64,000 nucleotides of DNA from a virus (lineage: Duplodnaviria > Caudoviricetes), in IMG/VR virus record IMGVR_UViG_3300009648_000003, positions 39,943 through 103,942 of that record. One strand, given 5' to 3'. How positions within the stretch are numbered: position 1 is the stretch's first letter; each line of letters opens with the position of its first letter. Below, piece by piece: positions 27,201 through 36,969 of the stretch. The position numbers and the translations under genes were made by a program. The notes beneath the pieces are model-generated. The model saw nothing but the letters and a program-made list of their open reading frames with translations, was not told the origin of the DNA and searched no databases.

Positions 27201-29692
27201 TACATTATAAATACATAACTTCCACCTATATTTACATACATCTGTGCTTCTAATTCATTCTTATCATCTTTTTTCTTAATAACTAAATTACCATCTATTT
27301 CAAATTTTCTCTCTACATTAATAGATGATTGCAACTCATCTACCCAGAATACCCTCACATTTATATTAGAATCAATACTAGTTTCTTCAACATATTGTGG
27401 TATTTCTATACTAACATCTATCTCATCTTGACTGTCTGTCTTTGGTATTTCTACGCTACCTCTTATATTCGAACGGTGTAATATATACAAACTACCTTCT
27501 ATTTCAATATCTTCATCATACCTAGGCACCTCAATTGAAGAATCTAAATCAATACTTTCTTTTCTTTGGACAATTATACTACTACCTATATTAGTATCTT
27601 TATCTTTTCTTTCTAATAATAATGTGGAATTTAAATACTCGCTTTCCGTACGCCCTACAGTTATTGTGGAATCTAGCTCCTCATCGATGTGTTTGTTTTC
27701 TATTATCAAAGTAGACTCTAAATCTTCTTCACTATCTCTTTTAATAGTAATACTTGAACCTAAATCACTATCTACACCCTTACTTTCAATGTTTAAAATA
27801 CTCGCTAAATTTTCTTCTTCGTATGCTCTTATTCTTATAGAAGAGTTTAAATTATTTTCTTTATCTTTCCTTTCTATATCTATACTAGCCTCTAAAAATG
27901 TTCTGTAAGGCACTATCATAGCTAAATCTATTTCTATTTCTTGAGGTTTTTTCTCTATCTCCAATGCCCCACCAAAATCCATATGACGTAACTCTGCTAC
28001 TAAAACTGTCCCCTTTAATTCTTCTGTATCATGCTTCTTGTTTATTTCTAGTAGCCCTTCTAACTCACTGTAAACATAATCAGATTGAACATCTATACTA
28101 GCACTAATATCCCTATTGGAACTTCTTCTAACTATAATATTACTATCTATTGAGTATGAATTTACATTTTCAACTATTTCATAATAAATTACCTCTATAT
28201 AAGGGGGATTTAAAGACTCTCTAGTTCCAAATGCGGTTAGTTCTGAGAAAGCATAGTTTCTTGGTCTTATTATAAAAGATTTTTTACCTTCTACCCACCC
28301 AAAATCCGTTAAATCTGCCTCTACCCTTCCTGTATCCATTGGAATAGGAAATTGGGTAACATATTCTTCATCATAAGGTCTAAAATTCCAAGTTATATCG
28401 TATTCATCCCAATTATCGGAAGTCTCATATAATCCCATTAAAAATCTTCTAGGGGTATCATATTGCTTGTGCAGCACTAACTTAATTGACTCTATGTCTA
28501 TATTATCTGGTAGCTGTAAATCAAATCCTAAATAAGAAATAAATTTACCTTCTGCTACTTCCCCCGCCAGCATTTGTTGGGAATTTCCATAGTTTATGGT
28601 GGGTGCAGACTGTCTAACAACAGAATCCTTAATAGGGTATATTTTCTTGACCTTCTTAGGGGGTTGAACAATATCTACAAATCCTCTCATTCTTCCTGAA
28701 GGATTTAAAATAACACTACTACTTAAAGAAGAAAAATCCCTTTGAGCCACAATTAAATTGCTATCAAATTCATTTTGTTGGTCTTTCTTAGATATAATAA
28801 GACTGGAATCTAATTCTTCGCCATGAAACTGCTTAACAATTAAACTACTATTTAAATCATTTTCTCCGTAGCCTATTATATCTATATAACCTCTCATTTT
28901 ATTTACAGAGTTTAACACTATACTGCTGTTGACAACAGATTGATAGGATACTTCAAACTCCCCTCCCACTGCCCATTCAGACTCACCGTTTTCATTTATG
29001 CCTTTAACCCTGAATTGTGCGGTGGGATTAGGCTGTTCAAAAGTATATACATATTCTGTATTTGTTATATTGTTATTTATAGTAATCCATTCATTGTTAA
29101 TATAATATTGGAGTTCATATCTTGTAGCATTATCTGATTCACCCCAACTAATTAATATAGTATCCCCTACAGATTTTTGATTAGTATTATAAATTATATA
29201 ATCTATTATGGGTTTAGGATGTCTAGGAATCAGCTCCCCGTAAAGTGCAAACTCTACAAGATCTAAATACGTTCCATGATTTTGTCTAGTAATAATCCAC
29301 CTTACTGCTTCTGCGTCTTGGATATTTACATCATGAGTTATTAAGTCTCGTGTAGCACCTGAATGTGAGGCAATAGTAACCCATCTAAAATCGTTTATAC
29401 TATCAGTTAAAATATTAAAATCCTTAGACAATGTGTACTGAATGACATAATCTCTAAAAGACGTATTACCTGCCCATGAAGGAACTCCTGATGCAGTTTT
29501 TATCTGATTAATATTTATATAAAAATCATTACTATAATATCCGATTATTAGGGGTAGAGAATGTTCCCATAAATTAATTCTTGTGTCTATGCTCGTTTCC
29601 CCCTGTATAACTTCATCAAAAAGTTTATAATGTTGTGTAACGACCTTATTTTCATTAGTAACTAGGTTTAGTAAACCGTTTAAAATTTCCAT
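27200..29692 (-). CDS. Putative virion protein: beta-sandwich + FN3-like + DNRLRE-like domain + long C-terminal beta-repeat
   Basis: ISW...Y.LQY...FRVKGIN..GESEW (FN3); DS.VRQ..P..NYG...YL.FDL...W.E..ITWN...F.TRES..PPY; many L.SS(I/L).(I/V) repeats. Confidence 0.7.
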   Translation of the reverse strand: MEILNGLLNLVTNENKVVTQHYKLFDEVIQGETSIDTRINLWEHSLPLIIGYYSNDFYININQIKTASGVPSWAGNTSFRDYVIQYTLSKDFNILTDSINDFRWVTIASHSGATRDLITHDVNIQDAEAVRWIITRQNHGTYLDLVEFALYGELIPRHPKPIIDYIIYNTNQKSVGDTILISWGESDNATRYELQYYINNEWITINNNITNTEYVYTFEQPNPTAQFRVKGINENGESEWAVGGEFEVSYQSVVNSSIVLNSVNKMRGYIDIIGYGENDLNSSLIVKQFHGEELDSSLIISKKDQQNEFDSNLIVAQRDFSSLSSSVILNPSGRMRGFVDIVQPPKKVKKIYPIKDSVVRQSAPTINYGNSQQMLAGEVAEGKFISYLGFDLQLPDNIDIESIKLVLHKQYDTPRRFLMGLYETSDNWDEYDITWNFRPYDEEYVTQFPIPMDTGRVEADLTDFGWVEGKKSFIIRPRNYAFSELTAFGTRESLNPPYIEVIYYEIVENVNSYSIDSNIIVRRSSNRDISASIDVQSDYVYSELEGLLEINKKHDTEELKGTVLVAELRHMDFGGALEIEKKPQEIEIDLAMIVPYRTFLEASIDIERKDKENNLNSSIRIRAYEEENLASILNIESKGVDSDLGSSITIKRDSEEDLESTLIIENKHIDEELDSTITVGRTESEYLNSTLLLERKDKDTNIGSSIIVQRKESIDLDSSIEVPRYDEDIEIEGSLYILHRSNIRGSVEIPKTDSQDEIDVSIEIPQYVEETSIDSNINVRVFWVDELQSSINVERKFEIDGNLVIKKKDDKNELEAQMYVNIGGSYVFIM

Positions 29693-29730
29693 TCAATCAC
29701 TTCCATTCCATTGTATTGGAACTACCCCCG

Positions 29731-32100
29731 TTATTCTATGACGGGGGTGGCTGTTGATTTAATATAGAAATATCCACCTTGATGTGCTTCTCTAGTTGTC
29801 TTTACTCTTACATAAAAATCTTTTTCCCCTAAAGAAGGCATTACTTCTAATACTTTTATTATATCTTTTGGTGTAAAAGGCATCTCTGTTTCACTTATCT
29901 CTAACACCGCCCCTTTTGTAAAGTTAGGGTTCTCTGGCGTTATTTGAACATTTGTTATAGGGAATTCATGTCTATTTTCAAGTATTACTTTTTTAGTTTC
30001 AGAAATCTGACCTGCTATCAACGTTTTATCAAACAATAAGTCCATTAAAACCTCACCATTACTATTTACAAAATACTCTCCATTTTCATTTTTGAACATT
30101 AATCCTCTATATGAACCAATTACAGCAAACTCTTGCTTTGCATATCCGCCATGAGTATCCTTAACTTCAATTGTAATAATATTCTCTTCACCAAATTTCA
30201 TTTTTGAAGTATCAAATACATAATTTACAAGTGTTTTAGATGGTACAAAATCAGTATAATCAAATACTAACTCGCCATTAATTGCTATTCTATAGGAAAT
30301 CATGTCGTTATCATCATCACCTATTGTAGCTCTCATACTGAAATCATCATAAGCTATAGTTATCGTAGGATCTGTATTTGAAAGAATTACTCTTCCTGTC
30401 CATTCTGCCTCCGCCCCACGCTCATCTTTGACTACTAATTTAACCTCATTCTCACCTGGATTAAAATATGGAAAATTAAATGCCTGAGTAATTTCTGTTT
30501 CAGAAGCATTTCTATTATACCAACCCTCTTTTGGACTAACTTGAATGAATTCTCCCATACCTGCTTTTTTTATTAAGACTTTAAAACTAATTTTATCCCC
30601 TTCATAGTCTTTAATTTTTGCTCTAACAACAGCAAATTCATTATGAATAGTGTCTGGTTCTATATAAGCATTAACAACCATCGGAGGTTCATTTTCTGCA
30701 TAATTGACTGTTATACTCCTTATTAATGGCTTATTTGGGTTCTCACTATACATACCTACTAATATATTAAAACTATGTTTATATGCTTCATACTCAAACC
30801 ACTCCGCCCACACTTCTTGCGGAATAGCTTCTAATTCTTCTTTAGTCATTCCTTGTTCCATAATATTAAATTTATTTATAAAAACCCAATTATTATCTCT
30901 ATATACCTGATAATTGGTTCTATCTTTTGATACCAAAAATCTAACCTTAGATTGGGCAATGACTGTTTGAAATAATATAGGTACTTCCTCATCTTCTGTA
31001 TAAGTTACTATAGAAGGATTATCTAATAATTTATATGGTTTTATTCCATTTTCATTGGGGGTGGTTAGTTGTGACAAATCTACAAAATTTTCCTTAAAAT
31101 TTTCTATAGTAGGTTCTACTTCTATAAATTCATTATTTTGATATGTGTAGTATTTGCTGTTAGACCTGATTAATATTTTCATAAATGGCACAAACCACAA
31201 AACAGGATACTCTCCATCTTTTAGTGTCCATACTGGAGTGCCATCCTCTAGCACTTCTTCATCCCAACCTGCATCTATAAATGTTTGTGCAGACTTACTT
31301 TCTTCATCAGTTAACCCTATTCCTCTTGCTGATGTAGATGTTTTACTAATATCTATATTCCAAAAACAATTCCTGACTTTACTAGGTTTAAAGCTATGTT
31401 CACACCCAATTAGTCCACCTTTGCCATTTACATCAACCATACTATAACAATTATCTATTGTGTGTGAGCTGTGAGATCCAGATAAATTTCCTACAATTCC
31501 TCCTACCATCTTTCCCCCTACTATCTGTCCACTTGATATACAGTTTCTAATTACTACCTTTGTTTCATTTTGTGCAATTGCTAATATTCCTCCTGCTGAT
31601 CCTTCAGATAAAAGAATAGTTATATCTGAATAACAATTTAAAATATTAGAGTTTCTTCCATATCCAGCAATTCCACCTACAGTCGCTGCTCCATGTAAAG
31701 TTCCAGAAACACTAATATTCTTACATGAGCTTTTATTAATGTCACCCACTAGAATCCCCATTCTATTGTAGGTATTTTCTATATAAGCATTTTTTATCTT
31801 TAAATTTTGTACTATTGCTCCATTAATCATACTTCCAAATAACCCTATATTGTTTGCAGAAGTGCCATTGATATAAAGTTTATATATATAATACATATTT
31901 CCATCAAGTGTGCCAGAAAAATCATTAATAGGCTCCCACCCCTTACCTTCATTAAAAGGGGGTATGTCTAAATTTATATTTCTTATTAATTTATAGTGTG
32001 CATTTAAATCATTTCTAATAGCATCTAAATCAAAAGCATCTTCGATCAAATAAGGGTTTTCTAGTGTACCGTCTCCACCTGCAAAGTTACCATTAGCCAT
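29731..32100 (-). CDS. Putative virion/receptor-binding protein with GLUG-type beta-solenoid and Ig-like domains
   Basis: FAGGDGT.ENPYLI, F.G.LDGN, repeated VGGI.G, C-terminal Ig-like segments. Confidence 0.72.
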   Translation of the reverse strand: MANGNFAGGDGTLENPYLIEDAFDLDAIRNDLNAHYKLIRNINLDIPPFNEGKGWEPINDFSGTLDGNMYYIYKLYINGTSANNIGLFGSMINGAIVQNLKIKNAYIENTYNRMGILVGDINKSSCKNISVSGTLHGAATVGGIAGYGRNSNILNCYSDITILLSEGSAGGILAIAQNETKVVIRNCISSGQIVGGKMVGGIVGNLSGSHSSHTIDNCYSMVDVNGKGGLIGCEHSFKPSKVRNCFWNIDISKTSTSARGIGLTDEESKSAQTFIDAGWDEEVLEDGTPVWTLKDGEYPVLWFVPFMKILIRSNSKYYTYQNNEFIEVEPTIENFKENFVDLSQLTTPNENGIKPYKLLDNPSIVTYTEDEEVPILFQTVIAQSKVRFLVSKDRTNYQVYRDNNWVFINKFNIMEQGMTKEELEAIPQEVWAEWFEYEAYKHSFNILVGMYSENPNKPLIRSITVNYAENEPPMVVNAYIEPDTIHNEFAVVRAKIKDYEGDKISFKVLIKKAGMGEFIQVSPKEGWYNRNASETEITQAFNFPYFNPGENEVKLVVKDERGAEAEWTGRVILSNTDPTITIAYDDFSMRATIGDDDNDMISYRIAINGELVFDYTDFVPSKTLVNYVFDTSKMKFGEENIITIEVKDTHGGYAKQEFAVIGSYRGLMFKNENGEYFVNSNGEVLMDLLFDKTLIAGQISETKKVILENRHEFPITNVQITPENPNFTKGAVLEISETEMPFTPKDIIKVLEVMPSLGEKDFYVRVKTTREAHQGGYFYIKSTATPVIE

Positions 32101-32114
32101 TTATAGTCACCACC

Positions 32115-33317
32115 TCATATAATATCTATATTGGTTATATCACTATATTCAGTTAATAATCTACTTTCATAGACTTTCCCCTCCCCCAAATCGTTAAGGT
32201 AGGTCATTTCTCTTTCTATTATTAATTCTTCTTCCTTATCCTCTCCACCTCCAATTATTATATTAGATATCTTACTTTTACCTTCAGTGGGAATTTCTAT
32301 ATTCACTTCTCCCCGCCCTATCTCTTTAAGGGTAAGTCCTCTACCATAAATTACTTCAATATTTTCATCAGTTATATAATCTTCTTTAAAATCAAATATT
32401 CTCTTAAAAGTAAATGTATCTCTATTTTCTTTTATAACATTATATTTAAAACTAGTCTCTCCCCCACCCTCATCAAAAACTACTAATTCCAATAAATTTT
32501 CTTCTTTGGTAAATAAATCTATTGGTATATCAATATTTATATCAGTTGGAGTAGATATAAAATTATCTAATTCTACTGCTTTTGTATTGTTTACTAATAT
32601 TTTATACTTAATATCTTCATTATTTGGATGGGAAATAAAACAAGATAAATTTATATTATTTTTATCTGTATACCATATATTAGTTTTAGATATATTTATA
32701 TTTTCTATATCGGCCGCCCACCAGGATATGTCAGCATTTTCTATATCATAAGGTAAATACCCTTCTTGTCTTAATCTGTTCCATTCTTCTGGATTAGAAG
32801 TTACTATATTAAATTTAGTTGCTCCAAAATTTGCAGTAGTAATCCCACCACTTGAACTACCACTTCCAACAGCAGGATATACTTCATTACTCCAAGGAAT
32901 TTCGCCTTCTACTATGAACTCGCCATTTTTATAAAATCTAGCCATTCTTGGAGAACTATCCAAGTCTATTGCAACACTAAGAATATCTCCTGTTGTATAT
33001 GTTGGTAACCCTTGAACTATAGCAGTGCCACTTCTAAATAAACATGCATCAGTGAATGAATTTAAATCTTGATAATATCCAAAAGCAATACCACCACTTT
33101 TACTCCAAGGGCTTTCGTTTAAACTTTTACCTTTCTGCATAATTATTGCACTATAGTTAACATTTGTGTGTTTATCTATATATGTCTCATAGTACCATTT
33201 TCCAGAAATTCTTCCCTCCGTTGCTCTGACTGCTGTTAAGCTAGGTCTTTCTGCGGTTAAATTATTGTTGCTGAGTTTAACCCCACTACCTTTATCATTA
33301 GGATTCCAAGTTATCAT
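32115..33317 (-). CDS. SPRY-domain putative virion protein
   Basis: TWNPNDK...LSN.NLT, GKWYYE, GD...A.DLD...FYKNG, YPA...TANFG. Confidence 0.8.
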   Translation of the reverse strand: MITWNPNDKGSGVKLSNNNLTAERPSLTAVRATEGRISGKWYYETYIDKHTNVNYSAIIMQKGKSLNESPWSKSGGIAFGYYQDLNSFTDACLFRSGTAIVQGLPTYTTGDILSVAIDLDSSPRMARFYKNGEFIVEGEIPWSNEVYPAVGSGSSSGGITTANFGATKFNIVTSNPEEWNRLRQEGYLPYDIENADISWWAADIENINISKTNIWYTDKNNINLSCFISHPNNEDIKYKILVNNTKAVELDNFISTPTDINIDIPIDLFTKEENLLELVVFDEGGGETSFKYNVIKENRDTFTFKRIFDFKEDYITDENIEVIYGRGLTLKEIGRGEVNIEIPTEGKSKISNIIIGGGEDKEEELIIEREMTYLNDLGEGKVYESRLLTEYSDITNIDII

Positions 33318-33323
33318 TTTACA

Positions 33324-33917
33324 TCACCTCAATATCCACTGCATACCACCCGCCACATCTTTTTTGAGGGGGGCATAGTAAGTATCCATAATTTTATTAT
33401 TTTTAATAAATAATAATTCTCCTTCTAAATCTCTATCTGCTACTAAATGTATATCTATATACATTGGTTGATTAATAGGTACACATATAATAGTCTTAAA
33501 ATTAAATGTAATATCATCTACTTTAAACTCTGTTTTGTATCCAAAATAATAAGCTACTATCTTAGAACTGGCACTCCCCACCCGATTAGTTAAATCAATG
33601 TCAGATACAGCTTTTTTATAAGTAATAATATCTCTTTGAAACATATCCTGACCTGTTAATTTATATGCTTTATCAGTTCTATAAACTAATTCATAAATAT
33701 TTCCCTCTATATTAAAAGTTCCCCTATAACATTCAAACCACATCTTTTTTCCACTACCTATTAATCCAAACCGTTGTAATTTATTTTTATCTATATCATA
33801 GAAAGAATTACTTTCTTTAGTTTCTAAATCAAACTCACACAACCCCCCACTGTAGTATTCAGCTACCCAAATATAGTTTTGTTCTACAGGAGAGTATGGT
33901 TTTATACTTCCAAACAC
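33324..33917 (-). CDS. Hypothetical protein (late module)
   Basis: RBS GGAGGTG; 197 aa. Confidence 0.7.
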   Translation of the reverse strand: MFGSIKPYSPVEQNYIWVAEYYSGGLCEFDLETKESNSFYDIDKNKLQRFGLIGSGKKMWFECYRGTFNIEGNIYELVYRTDKAYKLTGQDMFQRDIITYKKAVSDIDLTNRVGSASSKIVAYYFGYKTEFKVDDITFNFKTIICVPINQPMYIDIHLVADRDLEGELLFIKNNKIMDTYYAPLKKDVAGGMQWILR

Positions 33918-33934
33918 AACACCACCTCCACCTC

Positions 33935-33958
33935 AAAAAGCCACTTTTAAAAGTGGCT
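33935..33958 (-). terminator. Intrinsic terminator
   Basis: AGCCACTTTTAAAAGTGGCT followed by a T-tract. Confidence 0.75.
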
Positions 33959-33963
33959 AAATT

Positions 33964-34425
33964 TTAAGTATAATAATAACTTACTCTAACTTTAAAATTC
34001 CTTTGTCCAGCTGGAGAATTTAATGGTGGTTTAGCCCTCAGTGTGACCTTAGCATAGTTACCTTCATCTTCTAAAAGAGCTGCATTAGCAGTACCTTTTA
34101 TAATTCCTTCTTCTTGATCCTTTGCTCTTATTTCTTTTGCATCCTCCCCACCTATGGGGGTAAAATCGTCTCCTTCAACAGAATCAACTCTACATTCTAC
34201 CCATTTTTGTTTAACTAAATCTAATACATCCCCTTGGTTATCTGTGGTAGTTATTTTACATTCCTGCATATCACTTACATCTTCTACGCCTCCACGGTTA
34301 TTCCATATTAAAATAGTTTTTTCAGGACTAGTAGTCCCTGCATCCACGGTTCCAATTTCCCATTTAGTTAACACCGTTTCATTATCCGCTTCGTACCAAG
34401 AAACAATTGGTGCTGTCATATTCAA
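33964..34425 (-). CDS. Small beta-rich putative structural protein
   Basis: G.VDAG..S....IWNNRGG; has its own promoter motif and terminator. Confidence 0.7.
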   Translation of the reverse strand: MNMTAPIVSWYEADNETVLTKWEIGTVDAGTTSPEKTILIWNNRGGVEDVSDMQECKITTTDNQGDVLDLVKQKWVECRVDSVEGDDFTPIGGEDAKEIRAKDQEEGIIKGTANAALLEDEGNYAKVTLRAKPPLNSPAGQRNFKVRVSYYYT

Positions 34426-34443
34426 CCACTCCTTTCTTAATAA

Positions 34444-34474
34444 TAGTTTAGGTTAAACATAACAGCACCCTATC
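34444..34474 (-). promoter_or_regulatory. Putative late-class phage promoter (GATAG-N16-ACCTAAACTA)
   Basis: Motif shared with 1591 and 58080. Confidence 0.55.
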
Positions 34475-34482
34475 ATGTAGCA

Positions 34483-35070
34483 TTAATCTTCAATTACAAC
34501 GTCAATATTAATGTTAATATTCTCTATCCCAACTTCCCCTCTTATTATTTCTAACTTTATAATGGGGTTATTAATTTCATGATATATATCCCACCCCATA
34601 AATAATGTATCAGTTTCAAACTCATCTATTAAATTCTCTCCATCCCATAGTCTAAATGCTAATTCACTATCACTCTTTGTACATACTGTTACATTATTCA
34701 TATATCCTTTGTAAGGTATATACAATTGCATACTTTGTCCTTCCTCTATTAGTCTATTTATATAAAATACTATTGTTTTCTTTAATAATCCATCTGGTAC
34801 TCTCCCTCCCACCATTTTAAATGTAGTACCTTCATAAAAATAATGGGTAGGATTATTTCTGTAAGTTTCATCATTTCTTACCAAATAAAACCCTATTTGT
34901 TTATCCTCTATACCCAATAAATCTTCATAAGTATCCACAATAGCATATGTGCCAAGTTCGACTAAGCTTGCTATACTAGAATTTACATCTAATATCTCCT
35001 CAAGGAGATGTTCATATTTTAAAGGATCACTGCTTTGTATTTGTGACAAATGAGGTCTTGTAACCATCAT
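34483..35070 (-). CDS. Putative structural protein
   Basis: RBS GGAGGTG; beta-rich C-domain; late-module context. Confidence 0.65.
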   Translation of the reverse strand: MMVTRPHLSQIQSSDPLKYEHLLEEILDVNSSIASLVELGTYAIVDTYEDLLGIEDKQIGFYLVRNDETYRNNPTHYFYEGTTFKMVGGRVPDGLLKKTIVFYINRLIEEGQSMQLYIPYKGYMNNVTVCTKSDSELAFRLWDGENLIDEFETDTLFMGWDIYHEINNPIIKLEIIRGEVGIENININIDVVIED

Positions 35071-35081
35071 CCCACCTCCTC

Positions 35082-36221
35082 TTATATAACATAATCAACA
35101 AACATATCTGTACCTTTAGGTGGAGGAAAACTCAAAACTAGTTTGTTCCCTTTTACTTCATAAGTATCCACTCCTTGCCTAATTCCCCCTACATAGACTA
35201 ACAAACTACCTTCCTGAGGTATGTGGGGTAAAAGAAATTCCCTATTTTCACCATCACTAACACCTATTGGTATAATACCATAACAATGTAAATGGCTTGA
35301 TTTTGCATACCCTGCATTCTCTTTACAAGCTAGTATGATAGAACCTTCAGGTATAGGCTTATTAAACTCAAAAGTAAAAGATGAAGTTTCTTCATAATCA
35401 ACACCTTTTATATATCTTATGCCCATAACATAAATTTCTAGCTCTTCTTTTCCAGGAACATAATTAAATCTTGATAATTTATACTTTGTTTTACCTTCCT
35501 CTGCCACAAATTTTTCTTGTATAATTATAGGTTCTTCATTTATCCCTTTATCAGCTACCCTAAAATATACTAGAGAACCTTTAGGAACATTTTCCATAAA
35601 TCTAATAGAATTAGTGGTTAGAATTGCATAATCTTCACCTGGACTCTGTAAAACACCGTTAAGGTATACCTCCAACCATTTACCTTCTCTGTCAAACATA
35701 TAATTAATTGTAAAATCTTTTGTATCTTTTGTTGTAATTATATATTCTGAATGAAATCCTAGATTGTTTGATATACCAAATCTATCCCTTACTCTCATTA
35801 CAACTATTTCTCCCACCCACAAGGGATCAAAAAACTTTATTTCCTTATCATCTACTTCAATATAATCTTCATCAATTAATTGCTTTAATCCACCCCTAAA
35901 CACTTCTAATTCATTTCTACCTTTTACAAAATAACCATTATCCAATCGAATATTAGTTACTCCATCTTCTTCACATTTATAGACATAATAGATATAGGAA
36001 AGTGTACCGATACACTCCCCTCCACCGCCTCCACCTGTACCTATTCTACTTATAATATCTAAAAACCTATCATTTAGAGAGGCAAAGCCACCCCTTGCCT
36101 CCTCTACTTCATCAACAATATAATCTAACTCTTCATGAGTTCTTTTCCCTTTATTGATTAATTCATTATGATCCTTTATTATATTAAAACCTGATCTAGC
36201 AAATCGTACAGACATTAACAC
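35082..36221 (-). CDS. Putative structural protein with ~4 tandem ~75-aa beta repeats
   Basis: Repeat L.V(Y/F)..G..Q....DY.....I.F......G..V; poly-Gly linker. Confidence 0.7.
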   Translation of the reverse strand: MLMSVRFARSGFNIIKDHNELINKGKRTHEELDYIVDEVEEARGGFASLNDRFLDIISRIGTGGGGGGECIGTLSYIYYVYKCEEDGVTNIRLDNGYFVKGRNELEVFRGGLKQLIDEDYIEVDDKEIKFFDPLWVGEIVVMRVRDRFGISNNLGFHSEYIITTKDTKDFTINYMFDREGKWLEVYLNGVLQSPGEDYAILTTNSIRFMENVPKGSLVYFRVADKGINEEPIIIQEKFVAEEGKTKYKLSRFNYVPGKEELEIYVMGIRYIKGVDYEETSSFTFEFNKPIPEGSIILACKENAGYAKSSHLHCYGIIPIGVSDGENREFLLPHIPQEGSLLVYVGGIRQGVDTYEVKGNKLVLSFPPPKGTDMFVDYVI

Positions 36222-36239
36222 ACTCCCTTTGGCTATAAA

Positions 36240-36905
36240 CTAAAAACCTAAAAACATAATAAACTCAGCATTCTCCATTGCTCTGTCCAAGTTTAGTTTT
36301 ATTATTCTAGAATCTTCGGGTGTAAGCTCAAGAGAATTTGCTGTAGCAAGAGCAATTTCTATACAATCTAAAGCTTCTAATGTATAGAAAATGGGCACTC
36401 TGTAATTAACATCAAATGAAGTAGAATAAAGTTTATTCTCTATTAATGCTCTCCTATCCCATAATTCTAGAAAAGTATCTATATTATCTACTGGATTTTC
36501 CGCTAAATTAATTCTGTTTAAATGATTAATCAAAGAAATTATGTCTTCCTGTATCTCCTTTAAAGCTCTGTCATATTCACTATTTCTACTAATGCCCTCA
36601 TCAAGTGGTAGTCCAGCAAAACTATAAACACCAAATGCACGAGGTTCAAACCTGTATAAATTTATTGTTTTACTCTCATCATCCCAATGTACCTCAACAC
36701 CTAAGGTTTCAGCTAATGCTCTTACTGGTACATAAGTAGTTCCTTTATAAATGAAATGGTCAACATCAACTTCCTCCCCCTCCGCCACTATATTCGCTGG
36801 GTTTAATTCCACTTCAATACTTTGCTTTTTACTTGCAGCGAAACCCGTTAGAGTTACTGCAAAAACTAATGTAGCCACTAAAAAACCTTTTACAAAATTC
36901 TTCAT
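36240..36905 (-). CDS. Exported protein with copper amine oxidase N-terminal (stalk)-like domain; moron-like
   Basis: Signal peptide MKNFVKGFLVATLVFAVTLTGFA; FIY.GTTYVPVRALAE.LG.EV.WD....TI.L. Confidence 0.8.
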   Translation of the reverse strand: MKNFVKGFLVATLVFAVTLTGFAASKKQSIEVELNPANIVAEGEEVDVDHFIYKGTTYVPVRALAETLGVEVHWDDESKTINLYRFEPRAFGVYSFAGLPLDEGISRNSEYDRALKEIQEDIISLINHLNRINLAENPVDNIDTFLELWDRRALIENKLYSTSFDVNYRVPIFYTLEALDCIEIALATANSLELTPEDSRIIKLNLDRAMENAEFIMFLGF

Positions 36906-36938
36906 GATTTAATTCCCCCTTTTATTATTAATGAATAA

Positions 36939-36967
36939 ATATTCTACATTAATCTCCAAAATCCTTC
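36939..36967 (-). promoter_or_regulatory. SigH-type promoter (GAAGGATTT-N11-GTAGAATAT)
   Basis: Full match to RNAGGAWWW-N11/12-RNNGAATWW in a 64-bp intergenic gap. Confidence 0.65.
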
Positions 36968-36969
36968 TT

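Noticed and set aside
26346-33317. Shufflon/invertase acting on adjacent receptor-binding genes
   Set aside because: No inverted cassettes, orphan C-terminal fragments or repeated crossover sites found by eye; all genes are complete and co-oriented.
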